Assembly: GCA_964304625.1 (NCBI GenBank)
Contig: OZ199839.1
Coordinates: 11,190,847 to 11,254,846, forward strand
Length of the DNA: 64,000 nucleotides
Direction: 5' to 3'
From: Kudoa neothunni
Taxonomy: Eukaryota; Animalia; Cnidaria
In this document: positions 39,481-53,165 of the stretch, in pieces
Layout: every line of letters starts with the position of its first letter
Numbering within the stretch: the stretch's first letter is position 1
Notes under the pieces: generated by a model
Told to the model about the DNA's origin: nothing
The model's database searches: none
What the model saw: the letters and a program-made list of their open reading frames with translations, nothing else
Program-made: the position numbers and the translations under genes

Positions 39481-41825
39481 TTTATTAGAATATCTTTGGC
39501 AATAATACAATATTTTTCGATCCTTAAAAACTAGATATTCTTTTTTTTCTCGCGTTGAAACTAACCAATTGTAAGGATTATTTTAATATCTTTATATTTT
39601 CGGGGTTGAAATATTTTTCAAGATTTTGAAATGTTTGGATCCGTGGTTTCGTCTAGTTTAGAAAAACTTCTATAAAGATTTAAGTAACCTATATTAAATT
39701 ATGGAATAATATTGAAGTTTATATAATTTGATTAACCGAAACGTTTTACAATAATATTATTAGCACCATGTATACATTTAAAAATTGTAGTAATCAATTA
39801 TTTTTATTATATTCTCTTTAGTTGTTTGAGAACTCAATGCTTTTTCTAATGCATCCATCAGATTAGAGGGATTATAGTCAAAAAATGAGTTACGCAATAG
39901 CGAGACACAAGGTTTTTCCTAATTTATTTGATATGCGCTTGTTTAAAATTTTTGTTTTTTGTTGTATAGTTATTCATTTAAGTATACTCAATATGATTGT
40001 TATTTTTTGCTTAGTGAATTAAAGAGCATAATGCTAATAAAGTTAAATTAAGCAGTATCGAGTCACAACAGTATTCTGTAGCCTGTGGATTATAAGGGTT
40101 GTAATCCACCAATCATATACGCACGATCGAGAGCAAAGGGGGATGGCACCATCGCCTTTTATTCCTCATAACATACATTCAAATTTTAGTTCGAAAGTTG
40201 TATTGCAGATTCTAATTAGTAAACTTTGTACATCAACTATAAATAGGATTTGATGGGATTAAAATTTGATGTCACGCATACGCAGACGTATTTAAGATTA
40301 AAAATATTCATGCCAATAACCACTGCCTAAATAATACATTCAGAGTGTTTTTCTATATCGTTTGAGCACATTTATCTTTTTCGTTTAAATTTGTTCACAT
40401 CAAGCCTATTTGAATTGATAAAACTCTCGAATATATGTGAAAAAATACGTTTGAATAATGTTGAACTGATTTTATAATTTGAAACTAATGTGATTGCAAG
40501 GATAAAGCTCTTATTCGATAAATATTACCAGCTTTAAATATTGAATTATTTAAAGAAAAGCGTAATATAGCGTAATCTATTTGTTTGTTATTCCAGGTGT
40601 AGCTTAATAAGTAGGAGAATTAATGTTAAGGTATTAACTCCAATTGTTACAATAGCGAAATCTAGATCGATAAGGTTATGAAAGATGGAAAGAATTCGCT
40701 TAGTGATTTTAACAGATTTTTGATAAAAAAAATCATGAGGGAAAGCCCAGTGATTTTATTTAGACAATTTTTTTTAATGACAAAATTGGGAGTTCCAAAT
40801 AAATAAGTGACTATGTTTATGCTACATAATATTCAGGTGTTGTTAGTTTTGATTATAATTAATTAAATCTATATATAGCTTGTGAGTAAGAGTTGCTAGG
40901 ATTAAAAATAACAATCGCGCAAGCGTACATAGCATTGAGGATTAAACTCTACTGTGCTAATAGTCTCTTCAAATAAATAATTTATATATTTCAAATTATT
41001 ATTAAAATGATATTTTTAAATCATTCCGATTCACTTAATTACTCAAACATATAAGTACCTCACAGCAAGTATGGAAATCCGATGTTTGATTTCGGATTGT
41101 AAATGGAATTAATTGAACGTGCTCGTCAGCAAATCAATCACTATTCGCGATGAATTAAGATATAAACATTTGGTATAAACGGAATTCGTTAAATTAACCA
41201 TTTTATAGGGATTTATTGTTTTTTTGATTGGTTAATGAGTGAATGAGTTATTTTGCAATTATAAGATTGGATAGATTTGAGCGATTATTTCTCATAATAG
41301 CAGTATATTAAATCAACTAACTAAGAATTTTTTATGACAATTATCCTCAAAGTCAGCTTCGATCCAAATAGAAAGTTTTAAAAATTTTAGGACAATCTTC
41401 AGCCTAAAATAGGCTTAAATCCGAACTTTATCTATCTAGTTGTAGTAAAGGGGGGAAATCCCCCTTGTTGTCTAGAAATCCATCCAACCAAATATGACTC
41501 ACAAATAATGTATTTGCAACTGAAAATATTATTAACAGACTCAAAATTTGTTATTTATACACTTGAAATCAGCTTAGAGGGTTGTAATTCCAATAATCTA
41601 AATCCCTCTCATAAAAGCTCATGAGAATTATCGCATTGTTTTAATTGAACTGGCTTCATATCGATACGCAAAACAATTATCAACGTGTACCAATTCTACT
41701 GGCTGGTGTTTGAGGATTGATTGTGGTGGTATTTGATATCTCTTCAAGTGGTTGATATAACGATCAACTGCTTATTGATAATAGGTTTTGTATACTAGCG
41801 AATACGCTTGTTTGATTTCAACACC

Positions 41826-44205
41826 ATGGAGATGGTATTTCGATACAGTGAACAAGTAGAAAGATGCCATTTCGGGAAAGTATGTAAAACAACATAACAA
41901 CATAAAAACTAACAAATTTTGTTATTTGTGTAGAAATCAGAGATACATTTCCAATTAGCTAATGAAAGAATAAAACTAGCCAAACAACAAAGTTTGAACT
42001 TTTCAAAGTCTAGTATCTATAATAATCCAAAAAAAGTAGTATTCCCTTTGAGTGGGAGGGCTGTGGTGATAAATATTATTTGGTTGGTTAGAAAAAATTA
42101 CAACGAACGTCAACAACGGTAGACTATCTTTTGAAGCATCAGAGTTTTTATTGCAATGCTAAAAAATTGTCGATATTTGATGATGTATACAGCCTGTTAG
42201 TTTGTTATCATTGAAAATAATCTCCATCAACTAGGTTAAATGTAGTGTGGTCATGTTGGGCACAAAAGATTCCATCAAAATCTACAAGACTGAAACAGAA
42301 TATTCCAACCTTTCATCACTCGAACCTGATGCAATTATTCCTTATAATCAAATAAAAATGATCAAATTTTACCATTCACTCAACAACAATAACAAACAGT
42401 AATTATTATTCTACATTTCATCGTTTGAATAGAAATATCCAATTTATATTTGTCTAATGTTAGACCATTGACATTTGTGATGAATCCTAAAATTGAAACT
42501 ATATCACCACGAAATTACGCATTTAGATATTCGGTAGTTTTATTTGGAAGGTGTATTATTGACAAGTGGATAAATATTCATGGGTTCAGGAGGAACATAT
42601 TGTTTCTGCAACACCAATAGAAAATATATCAATACATTCAAAACAAATCGAACTATCAGACGATTATGGCTATGAAATGAACCTCGACATACCGAAAAAG
42701 ATAAAATCCAAAAAACATAATTGTTTATTAGCAATGTGGTGTCGCTTGTTGGGGTTTAAAGGCAAGAAAAAATCTTCTTATAAATCCGCTTTAAAACAAA
42801 GCGAAGATGCATATCTATTGAACTCTAACAAAAGTATTATTATTATTATTATATATATGAATTTCATTTTGATTCTTGATCTAGATGAGTACCGACCAAA
42901 AAATCACGCTCAATTAAACGCAGTAACTAAGGAGTGCTGCTTTCAAACCCGTCTCCCTGTACATAATATTGATCTAAATACTGAAGAACTTTTCCAACCA
43001 AGTGGCAGTGTGTCATATTTGGAACAATTACCTTCTAACGCTGAGTTCGCACCCGCCAAACCACAAGCTTTAACTCACACCTATATGTGTATCTATGTAA
43101 ATCCTGATATCAATGTAAATAACCCCCAAAAAATATCTACTCTTAATTTGTACGATCTTCGCTTCCAAATACCATCATATTCGTAATCTTCAGGATCGAA
43201 TTAAATGAATTTATTCGTCATATTAGAGCCATTCTGTTGAGGCGCTTTATTGATTCGAGCTATTGTCATAAATCGGAAAATAATTTAAGGCGAATTGAAA
43301 CTTCCAAACAAATAAACAACTTTCCAAATGCAACAGTTTCCAGATATAGAGATCTTTACAGAGAGGTATTCTTTGATAATTCGTTCTAGTTTTTTTCTAA
43401 AACCAATCACCAAAGCAGCTAATCCATGAAGATGATATCTACGTTCCACCTATTGATTATCGATCGAAAATTATGACAAGCGAACTTTATATTGCCGTAA
43501 TTTTGGCTGTATATTACTTGCTTTGACAGTGATTAGTTGTCCGATTATTTACCCGCAAGTTCCACCTACCAAAATCTACTACTGTTGTATAGTTCCGATG
43601 TGCACGGAACCAGCTTGAAAACGCTATACAGCAAATGTCAGGAATACGATGAGTATGGTATTCTATTGATCAAAGAAAATACAGGAAACGTATCCGGATT
43701 TATTAGAAGAACTTTAATTTATTTGATTACAGATATTTGGAGCCGTCATTTCACAACTTCCAAAAGTCAGCAAATATTACTATGGAAATGGTTCGTCATC
43801 TATATTTCGATATGAACCCAAAATACAATTTATTAAGGTACTCATGATAAAGCATCATACATTTTTTAGTGGGTTATAAACATTTCTCGAATTTCCGGTT
43901 TTACTTTTTAGAACTTCAAATGGTCTGGTCTAAATAGTTATATTATCAAAGGAGATACAGATAGCATTTGGATTGGAGGTGGAAAGTATATATACATATT
44001 GGAATTATTAACGTTTTATCGAATTTTCTAATAAATCCTAATATAAATATTTATTTCCTTTAGAAATGGAGCTAGTATATGGCTTAACGAAGATCTGATA
44101 CACGGTAGAACTCAAATATCCGAAACTTTTCTCAACGAGCAACTATCTGATCATGAACATTTCGAATCCATAATGGTTGAGTTATGGACGTTTGAACAAA
44201 TATAA
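41826..44205 (+). CDS. TLDc-domain protein (OXR1/NCOA7-like), paralogue B; start uncertain
   Basis: LSDYLPASSTYQNLLLLYSSDVHGTSLKTLYSKC...LLIKENTGNIFGA...YYGNGSSSIFR...FKWSGLNSYIIKGDTDSIWIGGG...SIWLNEDLIHGRTQISETFLNEQLS...VELWTF. Stop at 44203-44205. Confidence 0.9.
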
Positions 44206-46288
44206 ATATCATTTGGCCGAATTTGTTAATTGGAATTATAGCTTATGTTCACTCCTTAGTTAGTAGTAGTTTTAAGCTATTTTTATATCTGTCAGTTCTT
44301 TTTATTATCGCTACCATCAATTTATAATTTTCTCTTCTGTCCTGTTTACTTATTTTACGATTGTTTAAATCGGGCTTAAACTATGATATAACATAAAAAA
44401 TACGTAAAGATTTATTTCCTTTTTTATTTTATAAAAAATTTATTATTGACACTATTTAAAACAATAATAGATTATTCATTCTACAATATACAACACGAAA
44501 CGAGTTGTTGTTAATTTTTTGTTTTAATTCCAAAAATAATTCATATCTCAGTGATTACAAAATATTAATAGGTATTTAAAAAAACCTCTACATAATTAAT
44601 TTTCCTAATAGATCTAGTTATTAAATTAGAGGTATTAGATAAATAATTTAATTCTTCTATTCCCCAACTTTTCGTTTGAATCGATAATTTTTAAATTAAA
44701 CCAATATTAAAGTGATATACAACTTGAATTTTTTTTAAAAGAACATAATTTAGAAATAACTTTAAATCTTTTGTTATCTGTCCACTGAAGCCAACAATTG
44801 GAACGAAACGGTTGAAATATTTGTGTATCATTGGATTATGCATTAGAACACAATCAGGTCGAAATCACGCCGCTTTATTATTCAATCATAATCCAATAGT
44901 TAATCTGTTAAATTATTTCATAACTTTATTCAATGTTGTCTCTATGATGCGATAATATAATTATTGTATCAATTTAAATATTTAGTCGTATTTATTCTCT
45001 ATTCCCTAACAAATGATACAACTAAAAAATTCAATGTGACTATTTATTGATTGTATAAAAAATAAATCAAATGGTTTTTATATAAGATTCTATAATTAAA
45101 TAGATTAAAATAAACATAGAACCCAAATTAATCTTCCACTAATAAACGTGTTGTTGAAATTTTGGACCCAAATCTAGTCAATAAATAAAAAATATTGATT
45201 TTTAGTTTCTACCTTAAAAATTACTCAGAAAGTGTCTCGGCGCAAATTAAAATTTATCTAGGAATTCATTTGTTGATTTTTAGAAATTTGATTATTGTCC
45301 CAAACAACATTTAAAATTATTCCAAAAAAGTTAAAATCCGAACACAGATCGATTTATTGATAATATTAATATTTTATTTTAAGTAGTATACCTACTTTAA
45401 TCCGTTTAATAATATATTTTAGTCGATTATTACATGTTAATTTCCTCGGCGAAGTTCAGCAAAAAGTGAATCGTAAAATGAAAAAAATGTTTGATTAAAA
45501 TCACTCTATAAAACATCAGAAATTTCAATAATTACCAAAATTTCTCATTCATATTAATTTCGGTGTAATCGAATATATACTAATCATTCTCCCACAAATG
45601 TGAATGTTGCAATCATTATATTTCAATTTCTTTTTTTATTGAAAAAATCATAATCATTAAATCATTAAGATCGAATTATTTTATTTTTCAAATGTGATTT
45701 GAATAAATTCCTTATGTAAATAAAATTGTTCAATTTGTTTAAACGACGAAAAACGAACGTTGCCGATTATATTAAAGTTTTTAATTTATCGCAAAATGTA
45801 AAAATAATTTCAAATAACACGATATAAAACTCACTAAATAATTTTAAAAATTAAAATATTACATAGAAGAGTTTTTCTGAATAATAGCTGAATGTTAACG
45901 ATATGAGAACTATTTAAATTTTACCAAATATTATCGGCAATTATTATTATTATTATTATTATCTTTATTATACTCATCAAAAACCCACAATTTAATTGAA
46001 ACTAAAATGTAAAGTGATCTAAGCACTTAAATCACTAAAAAGATGAATTTGATTATTTGATATCAATAAAGTCAATTTTTAATGTTTATTTTTAAAATCA
46101 CAATTGATTAATAATCTCTCATTAAAACTATGTAATTTAATTAGAAATTATAAGCAAAAACTATAGTTTAACTAAAGGTAATCCTTCATGAGTATGCGCA
46201 GTCGTGCCACGTCACATAAATCATAAATCGAAGCCCCTTTTGTAGCAATTCCTCAATCTACATTATTATAATTTCAGACTGAATTTTA

Positions 46289-48721
46289 AGTATGTAATCC
46301 ATAAAAATCTCAAAATAAATTCTGTTTAGTGATATACACTGTTTGGTTGGTATTATTGTTGATTGTGTCGATTGAATCAGTGGCAGCGTCTCCCAATGTT
46401 GCTAACTCATTGGTGGAGGAGAAAAAATTGGAAATAGCTTTGAGAGTACTATCTACACCTTCAAATGTGGAAGATCTTTATTATGCTATTCGATTCTTGG
46501 AGGAAAGGCAAAAAAAGTTCGCACTACAAGACCAAACATGTTCATTATTGAAAATGTGGATGGATTCGATCGATCCGAATTCATCGTTCAACAATCACTA
46601 CTATCAGAAATACTACTCAATAGCTTACGTTTTAACTAAAGGATATTGTCCAAAATTGAGTCATTTCAAAGTGCCAGTATTAGCCAACAAAAGTTTAAGT
46701 TTATTGGATGAGAATATTTATTATTGTGCAAAATTGGCTTCCATAATAAAACATAAATGTCCTGTAGAATCTTCGTCTACCGAAGATTCGAATTCTAACA
46801 TCTATTATAAGACGTTGATACATTTGAGTCAAGTGAAAGCGGTTCAAAAGGGTGGTTTTGATAGTGAATTATTCTTCAAAAATCTTATTAAACGTTCAAA
46901 AAAGTTCACTCTAATGTCAGTGGATCAACAGTTTCTCACACTAAAATCTGTATTCATGTGGTTGGATGCTTTCAAAACAAACTCAAATGATAGCACGATA
47001 TATCAGCTTGTTTCAGTTGTCCTCTCAATTAAATCCCAACTAATACACTCTGGTGATATTGCTGTTCTATATTATTTGGACGGTATTCTGGCGGATTTTG
47101 CTGATCGTCAAATATACAGTCCATCAATTGATTTATTGTCGTCAACGAAAGGGGTTGTTCAACTGGACTCCGATCACAACTCAAATGTGGAATTTGTTGT
47201 GCACATTGATCAGATTGTTACCCGATCACACAATAAAGCTTCATCAGCCAAATCCCATCTATCTCGCATTATTAAAGCAGCCCAGGTGTCTTCGATCCGT
47301 TGTAACAACAAACCAAACTCCATCCAACCATCGTTGGTTGCATCCCCTAATTTAAATTTTGAGGGTCAGGGTTATTCTGTTTACAGTGTGCCTCTTGATT
47401 TTTCTCCCGCTAAATCAATGCTATTCGATAGCGGGAAAACTTACGCTCGTTGTCAGATGACTATCTCACTAGATTCTAACAACAAATCAATTATATTAAC
47501 TGAGAAATCATTTGATGTATTATCCACTCTAAATTATTGACATTCCAATTAAATTGAATTAAATTGAATTAATTTAAATTGAATATAATTGTTATATATG
47601 TGTATATTAGGTTGATTTTATCGCTGAAATGAAATCAGTTGATTCGGAGCTGCTTAGTGCACAATGCACTATTTCGATTGAAGGCACCGATGAGTGATGA
47701 CTATTTGTTGAATGAAGATTTTTTTAATATTGATTGTCATAGCGTAATGTTGCAAGTTTCCAAGCGCAACCACTTAAAAGAAACAATTCAAGCCAACAAC
47801 TATGAGACAATAAACATTGTTGTCGAATCTGAAGTGGTATGAGTTTTGATTGACGATCGAGCTTGGTTGAGTCTAACCTAATTTTCTATAGTTTGGATTT
47901 ATACGTTTGAAGTCAAATAATCACACGGTGATACTAAAGCCTATTAAATCCACGGAAAAGACTACTCATTTGAAATTTAATTTGGTAGTTAGAGAAAATG
48001 GATCTTTTGTAAGTGAATGTGTGAATGATTGTTTTTTAGGCATTGAATAGAATGGCGGAAAGTGAATTTGGTTATCAATCCGGTCTATATAGTATAGAAT
48101 TTGTGCCAGCCGTTGCACACATGTCCTCATTGTTGGATTCCACCTGGCGCATTGTATCTTATTGTAGTTGCGTAAAACGGATCAATATAGTTGAAATGGT
48201 TAGGCTAATATCAATATTGAGTTTGTTGAGGAGTCGGTTTTGAAATTCGATGCAATCAATCGTTCAAAAACCGACATTATGGTAATTTTTGGTCGCTTTA
48301 ATTTTTTCCACTTATTTACATATATTGCATTATTTAGGCTGAGAGTACACCAAAAATTGTTCAAGGGTCAAAAGTGTTGTCTATCGCGTTTATTCTAGTG
48401 ATTGGCAGTGTTTCATTCTCAATCCCCGTTATTGTAAGTAACCAAAATATTTCTATCAATTGCTTATGTGGAATTTTTAGTGGAAATTGATGGGAGTTAA
48501 TATCGATTTTAAAAAGGTATTCCGACCTAATCATATTCTTTTAATGGCGTGGTTGTGTTCAATGTTCGGTCTTTATTTCTACGCGTGGACTGTTATTGTA
48601 ATTAATTTATTTTCTGCCCAGTATACTAATTGAATTGTGTTAGAATATGATGCAAACTCTTAGACTGGCCATAATGGTATCGATACCAGGCTTTATTTGC
48701 AGCAAGAAAATATTTTCTTGA
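46289..48721 (+). CDS. RPN2: Oligosaccharyltransferase subunit ribophorin II (Swp1)
   Basis: Signal peptide; early EDLYYAI motif; EFGYQSGLYSIEF; three C-terminal hydrophobic segments including WKLMGVNI...FGLYFYAWTVINMMQTLRL, matching the recalled RPN2 WIRIGANV...YVYWTQLNMFQTL. Stop at 48719-48721. Confidence 0.8.
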
Positions 48722-48762
48722 TTGACACTTTGAATCTATTGTGTTTATTTGCGTGCGCATTA

Positions 48763-49488
48763 ATGACAACGTTCAAGAGCGAGTTTCGTAAACATATCAA
48801 TAAGGATCTATCGTTAAAAAATTCAGATGACCCTCATCAGAAATTTGTTAAAAAGAACGATGATGGGACTTTATATTGTGTGTTGTGCGCAGTGAAGGTT
48901 AAAAGTATCGCATTTTGGTTGTCACACAAAAAATGCAGAAACCACATGGATAAATTTAATAAAATGAATAATCCCGAGGAGACCGCACTTAAGGCGAAGA
49001 GAACCAGCGCTGAGATGTCGTTGGCACATGAAGCGATTTATAAAACTAATGAAACCAACTCTGAAGGCGTTCTCCCAGCCGATTTCTTTGATAATCCCAA
49101 AGTCGAAGTTAAAGCAGCCAAACTCGAATCAACCACAAGCACTCGAGTAGCTGATACTCGAATAGATAGTGTTAGAAACGACCACGACAATGAATGGGAA
49201 CAATTTAAAAATGAAATTGAACAAATTCAAAACGCTCACCAAACTACTCCTAATACTAATAGAGTAAATAATGAATCGGTCGATGAAACCACAGATATTG
49301 TGGAGTTTCGTGAGATTGATTTGATGGAAGAAGAATTGATCAAAATGAAAAATTCGATTGAGCGTGTCAAAAATATCCGTGTCAAAATCTCTCAGTTTAC
49401 GGCGATACCGCCTATTTCTACGTCTAGTAATATTTATAGTGATGAAAGTGATGGGGCTGATGAGATGGATGACGCTGTAATTTATTAA
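48763..49488 (+). CDS. ZNF830: Zinc finger protein 830 (CCDC16) homologue, intronless
   Basis: U1-like finger LYCVLCAVKVKSIAFWLSHKKCRNH; LPADFFDNP; EWEQFKNEI; coiled coil and acidic tail. The first ATG is at 48763; the ORF track start is a TTG inside RPN2. Confidence 0.85.
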   Translation: MTTFKSEFRKHINKDLSLKNSDDPHQKFVKKNDDGTLYCVLCAVKVKSIAFWLSHKKCRNHMDKFNKMNNPEETALKAKRTSAEMSLAHEAIYKTNETNSEGVLPADFFDNPKVEVKAAKLESTTSTRVADTRIDSVRNDHDNEWEQFKNEIEQIQNAHQTTPNTNRVNNESVDETTDIVEFREIDLMEEELIKMKNSIERVKNIRVKISQFTAIPPISTSSNIYSDESDGADEMDDAVIY

Positions 49489-49962
49489 ACTTGTAATTTT
49501 CCATTTTTTATTATTTTTGTCATTTTTACACAACTTTGTTTTTATATAATGCGCGCCGTGGATGGTTGTATATTTCGAACCTGTGTGGTGGTGCCACAAT
49601 TTATTATAAATAATATTAAAACCCCTCTTATGATTATTTAATTTGAGAAATTAAGCAGGAATTGTAATTGTATATGAATGATTGATTGATTGATTTTTCG
49701 CAATATTTATTGAATTTTCGAGAATGCGTAAAATTGGTTGGGGTATGTTTTATGTGGAATTAAATAAGATGAATGTTATTTGGATTTTTTTTCATGTGTG
49801 TGAGATAATTTTTGTTTTACACCCAAGCGATTTTGTATTGAACATATCTTTTTATTTCATTCATTGAATCTCACCAAGTTATCAGTATTCCTGGAACTTA
49901 TAGTGATTTACTTTTAACAAACAAATTGGTAAAAACTGATGAGAAGAAAAAATTTTATTTAA

Positions 49963-52073
49963 CCCTCGTACACACATTGGGGGTCAAAAATGGGCCCAGC
50001 CTCTTTTATCAGCGATTTTCTTAAAATCTCTCCTACCGAATTTTTCCTAATTTTTCCTAATTTATGTTATTATGTTATTATTTTATCAATTTAAAATATT
50101 TACTGAAATAAAAATAAAATGAATTTTAAACACTATTAAATCATCGAAACATTAAAACTTCCGTTCCCCACATTGGGGGTCATTTTTGACCTCCACTCTT
50201 TATTGGAAAATCTATGATAATTACTCTCTTAAATCTATGTATAATACCAAAAACAATGATAAAATATTCATTTAATTTTAAGAATAAGTAAAATAATTTT
50301 GAAGAAGAGATAAATCTATGAGTTTTTATGCGTCACGTGATCATATAGATTCAAAATCAGCTGAACGCTATAGTCTGTTTTAGAGATGAACATGAAATTC
50401 TACTGGATGACACTGATTCTGAGTTTAGCGACTATTTAATCGACAATCCTACATCCGATTATGATGATTCGGATGATGAAGCAGAATTTAGCACTGAATT
50501 GATTGGCACGTTGACTTCGAAAGATGGAGAAAAATGGTCGAAACAACCAACAAGAAACCAACGAAGAACTGACGCGGAAAATATTTTTAAATGCCAATCA
50601 GGTTTCAAACCACATGTGCTAAAAAGATCGGATACCCCACTCATGGCATTTTTGAACTTGTTTGGCAACGAGATCCTTGATTTGATTGTTGATTGCACCA
50701 ATCATTATATAAGACACCATCGATCAAAATTAACTGTGATCATCAAAGATGATCTAATGAAATATATTGGTGGCTGCATAATGATTGGTTTAATGAAGAG
50801 TAAAAATATGGATATTCGTGAATTCTGGTCAACCTACAATAAATCAGTCAATCTCCATTAATTTATTTGAAAAAATATCTTCGTGTATGCGGTTTGATAA
50901 AAGAGAATCCAGAATACAAGATGACAAATTGGCCCCAATAAGAGAAGTTTTTGAGCACTTTATTGGAAATTGTCGAAAAAATTATACACCAAATGAACAA
51001 ATGACGGTTGATGAGCAACTGGTGACATTTAGAGGGAGATGTGGTTTCAAAATGTACATCCCAAATAAACCCGGACGGTATGGTGTTAAAATATGGGCTT
51101 TATGCGACTCAAAGAATGCCTACCTATTCAATGCAATCAATGCAAAGGTATATCTTGGAAAAGAAAATGGCGAAGTACAGTTTAATCAAGGGGAAAATGT
51201 TGTGAAAACTTTATGTGAACCGATTTTTAAATCTGGTCGAAATATCACAACAGATAATTTTTTCACTACTCGTTCCCTCGCAAGATTTCTACTTGGCCAA
51301 AAATTGACAATTGTAGGAACTGTTCGAAGAAATAAAAAATTTTTGATACCAGAGTTTCAAATATCGAAAGGAAATGAAAATAATAATCAGTTCTTGTTTC
51401 AAGATAAGGTCACACTCGTCAAATACAACCCTAAGAGAAACAGATCGGTTGTCTTGTTATCAACACTTATCAACACTCCATAGAGATGCGAATATTGGTG
51501 AAGAAAGCTAAAAACCTGAAATTATATCTTACTATAATTCTACAAAAGGTGGAGTTGATACTCTTGATCAAGTAGTAAGATATTTTTCGGTAAAAAGAAA
51601 AATACGAAGATGGCCAATGGCTCTTTTATATAATTTGTTAGACATCACTGCATACAATGCCTACTTGTTGTATTGCCAAAAGCATCCCGCATCCTTGAAT
51701 AAATATGGAAAGCAAGCCAGAAGAGAATTTTTAAAATTACTCGCAGACGCGTTTTTACCATCTAAAGGCCCCGAAACTGACATTCTATCTTTGAAAAGAC
51801 CTAAAATCTTACATAATAATGCTAGAAAGTGGTGCCAAATCTGTATTCGTTCGAGGAGATTGAAAACGTCAGTGCAGTGCAAATTATGCAATAAAATGGC
51901 ATGCAAACTTTATAATAAGGAAGAATTAATTTGCATCGAATATTTAAACTCAGACAACAACAATTAGAATTTTTTTAATTTTAAAAACGTTTTCATGTGT
52001 TTATTTTTTAGTGGGGGTCATTTTTGAACCCCACTGCGGGTTTACGTAAGTTTTTTACTTATGTGTACGAGGG
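49963..52073 (+). mobile_element. Full-length piggyBac element with disrupted transposase
   Basis: TTAA at 49959-62 and 52074-77; perfect 12-bp TIR CCCTCGTACACA; subterminal GGGGGTCA(A/T)4TG motifs at about 49979, 50175 and 52013. Transposase motifs TVDEQLVTFRGR, KPGRYGVK, TTDNFFT, YNSTKGGVDTLDQ, RRWP and a C-terminal Cys-rich domain, with frameshifts and stops at about 50840 and 51480-51510. Confidence 0.95.
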
Positions 52074-52077
52074 TTAA

Positions 52078-53165
52078 TGATAACAATTTGAAAAGTAAAA
52101 GTTGAATTATTTGGTGTTTACCAAAGTCACCTATGTGAAAAACCTGTGTCGAAAACATAACGAATTCCATTCATCATGTCATTTCATATGATGTGCCAAA
52201 AATAAAATCATTTATCGATTGATTTTTGTTATGCTTTACCCAGAAATCTGTAGTATTATCATATAGTATACAAAAATACAAAATACGCTTGGAAATCATT
52301 ATTTCAATGATGGGTGACACGATACCAATGAAATTGAATTTAAAGATTGTGTAGGTCTTCTAATAGTAATAGCTGTTCATAAGGATAGACAATTAACATA
52401 GATAATATTGCGTCATCGATACGTCTAAAAATTTTCAACCTCATACGATAATGCATTATAATTTATAATGCAACCATGGATGGGGTTGATTATGTGGATA
52501 GAATGTTGGCATCAATTTCTACCCGGAAGTTTAAATGAAGATGGCCCCTTATCGTCCTTTCAACATGATTGATATCTTGTTGATTAATGCATTTGAATTA
52601 TTCAATGAGATATTCAATTCAGAGAAAAAATTAAGGGAAAACTTTCTGAATGAGATTTCTGAAGAATTGTACAACTCACTGTAAATAGAACCTCCAAAAA
52701 AGTTATCGAAAGAAATTTAAATAAAAATTATCTTCGAATAAAGAACCAAGTTTAAATATAAACTTGTCACGCTGGGATTATTGTGAAGGATAAAATGATA
52801 AGAGAAACTATAAATGGTGCCTTAATTCCTGCAAGTTTAATTTTTCCACTCATTCTTCTAAATTCTGTTACAGTGCTAGAATTAATTGTTGTGTTTATTT
52901 TGATGTTTTTCTTTATTTTTTAATGAGTTTTTATTAGCCGATAATGCTACTTTGATTTTGTAAACACTTACGAAGATCGTCGATATATCCCGATGATATC
53001 ATTATCGAGATTAGTTTGAGATTATTTGGCTTAATTAATACAATATTCCAATGATTCTACTCGTTTAAATTTAATATTACTTTGTATTCCAAAATTAATT
53101 ATTTTTTTACACACGTCGGCGCCTTAAAGAAATGGGGTAATTTTTACCCCGAAGGTGTTGAAGGG
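52078..53165 (+). pseudogene. Older piggyBac remnant (3' part)
   Basis: YNATMDGVDYVDRMLASISTRKFK*RWPL at about 52465-52550, then NMIDILLINAFELF. Palindrome GGGGTAATTTTTACCCC at about 53134-53150 resembles a subterminal motif. Confidence 0.7.

Noticed and set aside
47546-47585. Short AATTAAATTG tandem repeat
   Set aside because: Simple slippage repeat inside an RPN2 intron.
48697-48762. N-terminal extension of the 263-aa ORF overlapping RPN2
   Set aside because: It relies on a TTG start; the eukaryotic start is most likely ATG 48763.
49129-49599. 156-aa minus-strand ORF
   Set aside because: Antisense shadow of ZNF830 with no protein-like features.
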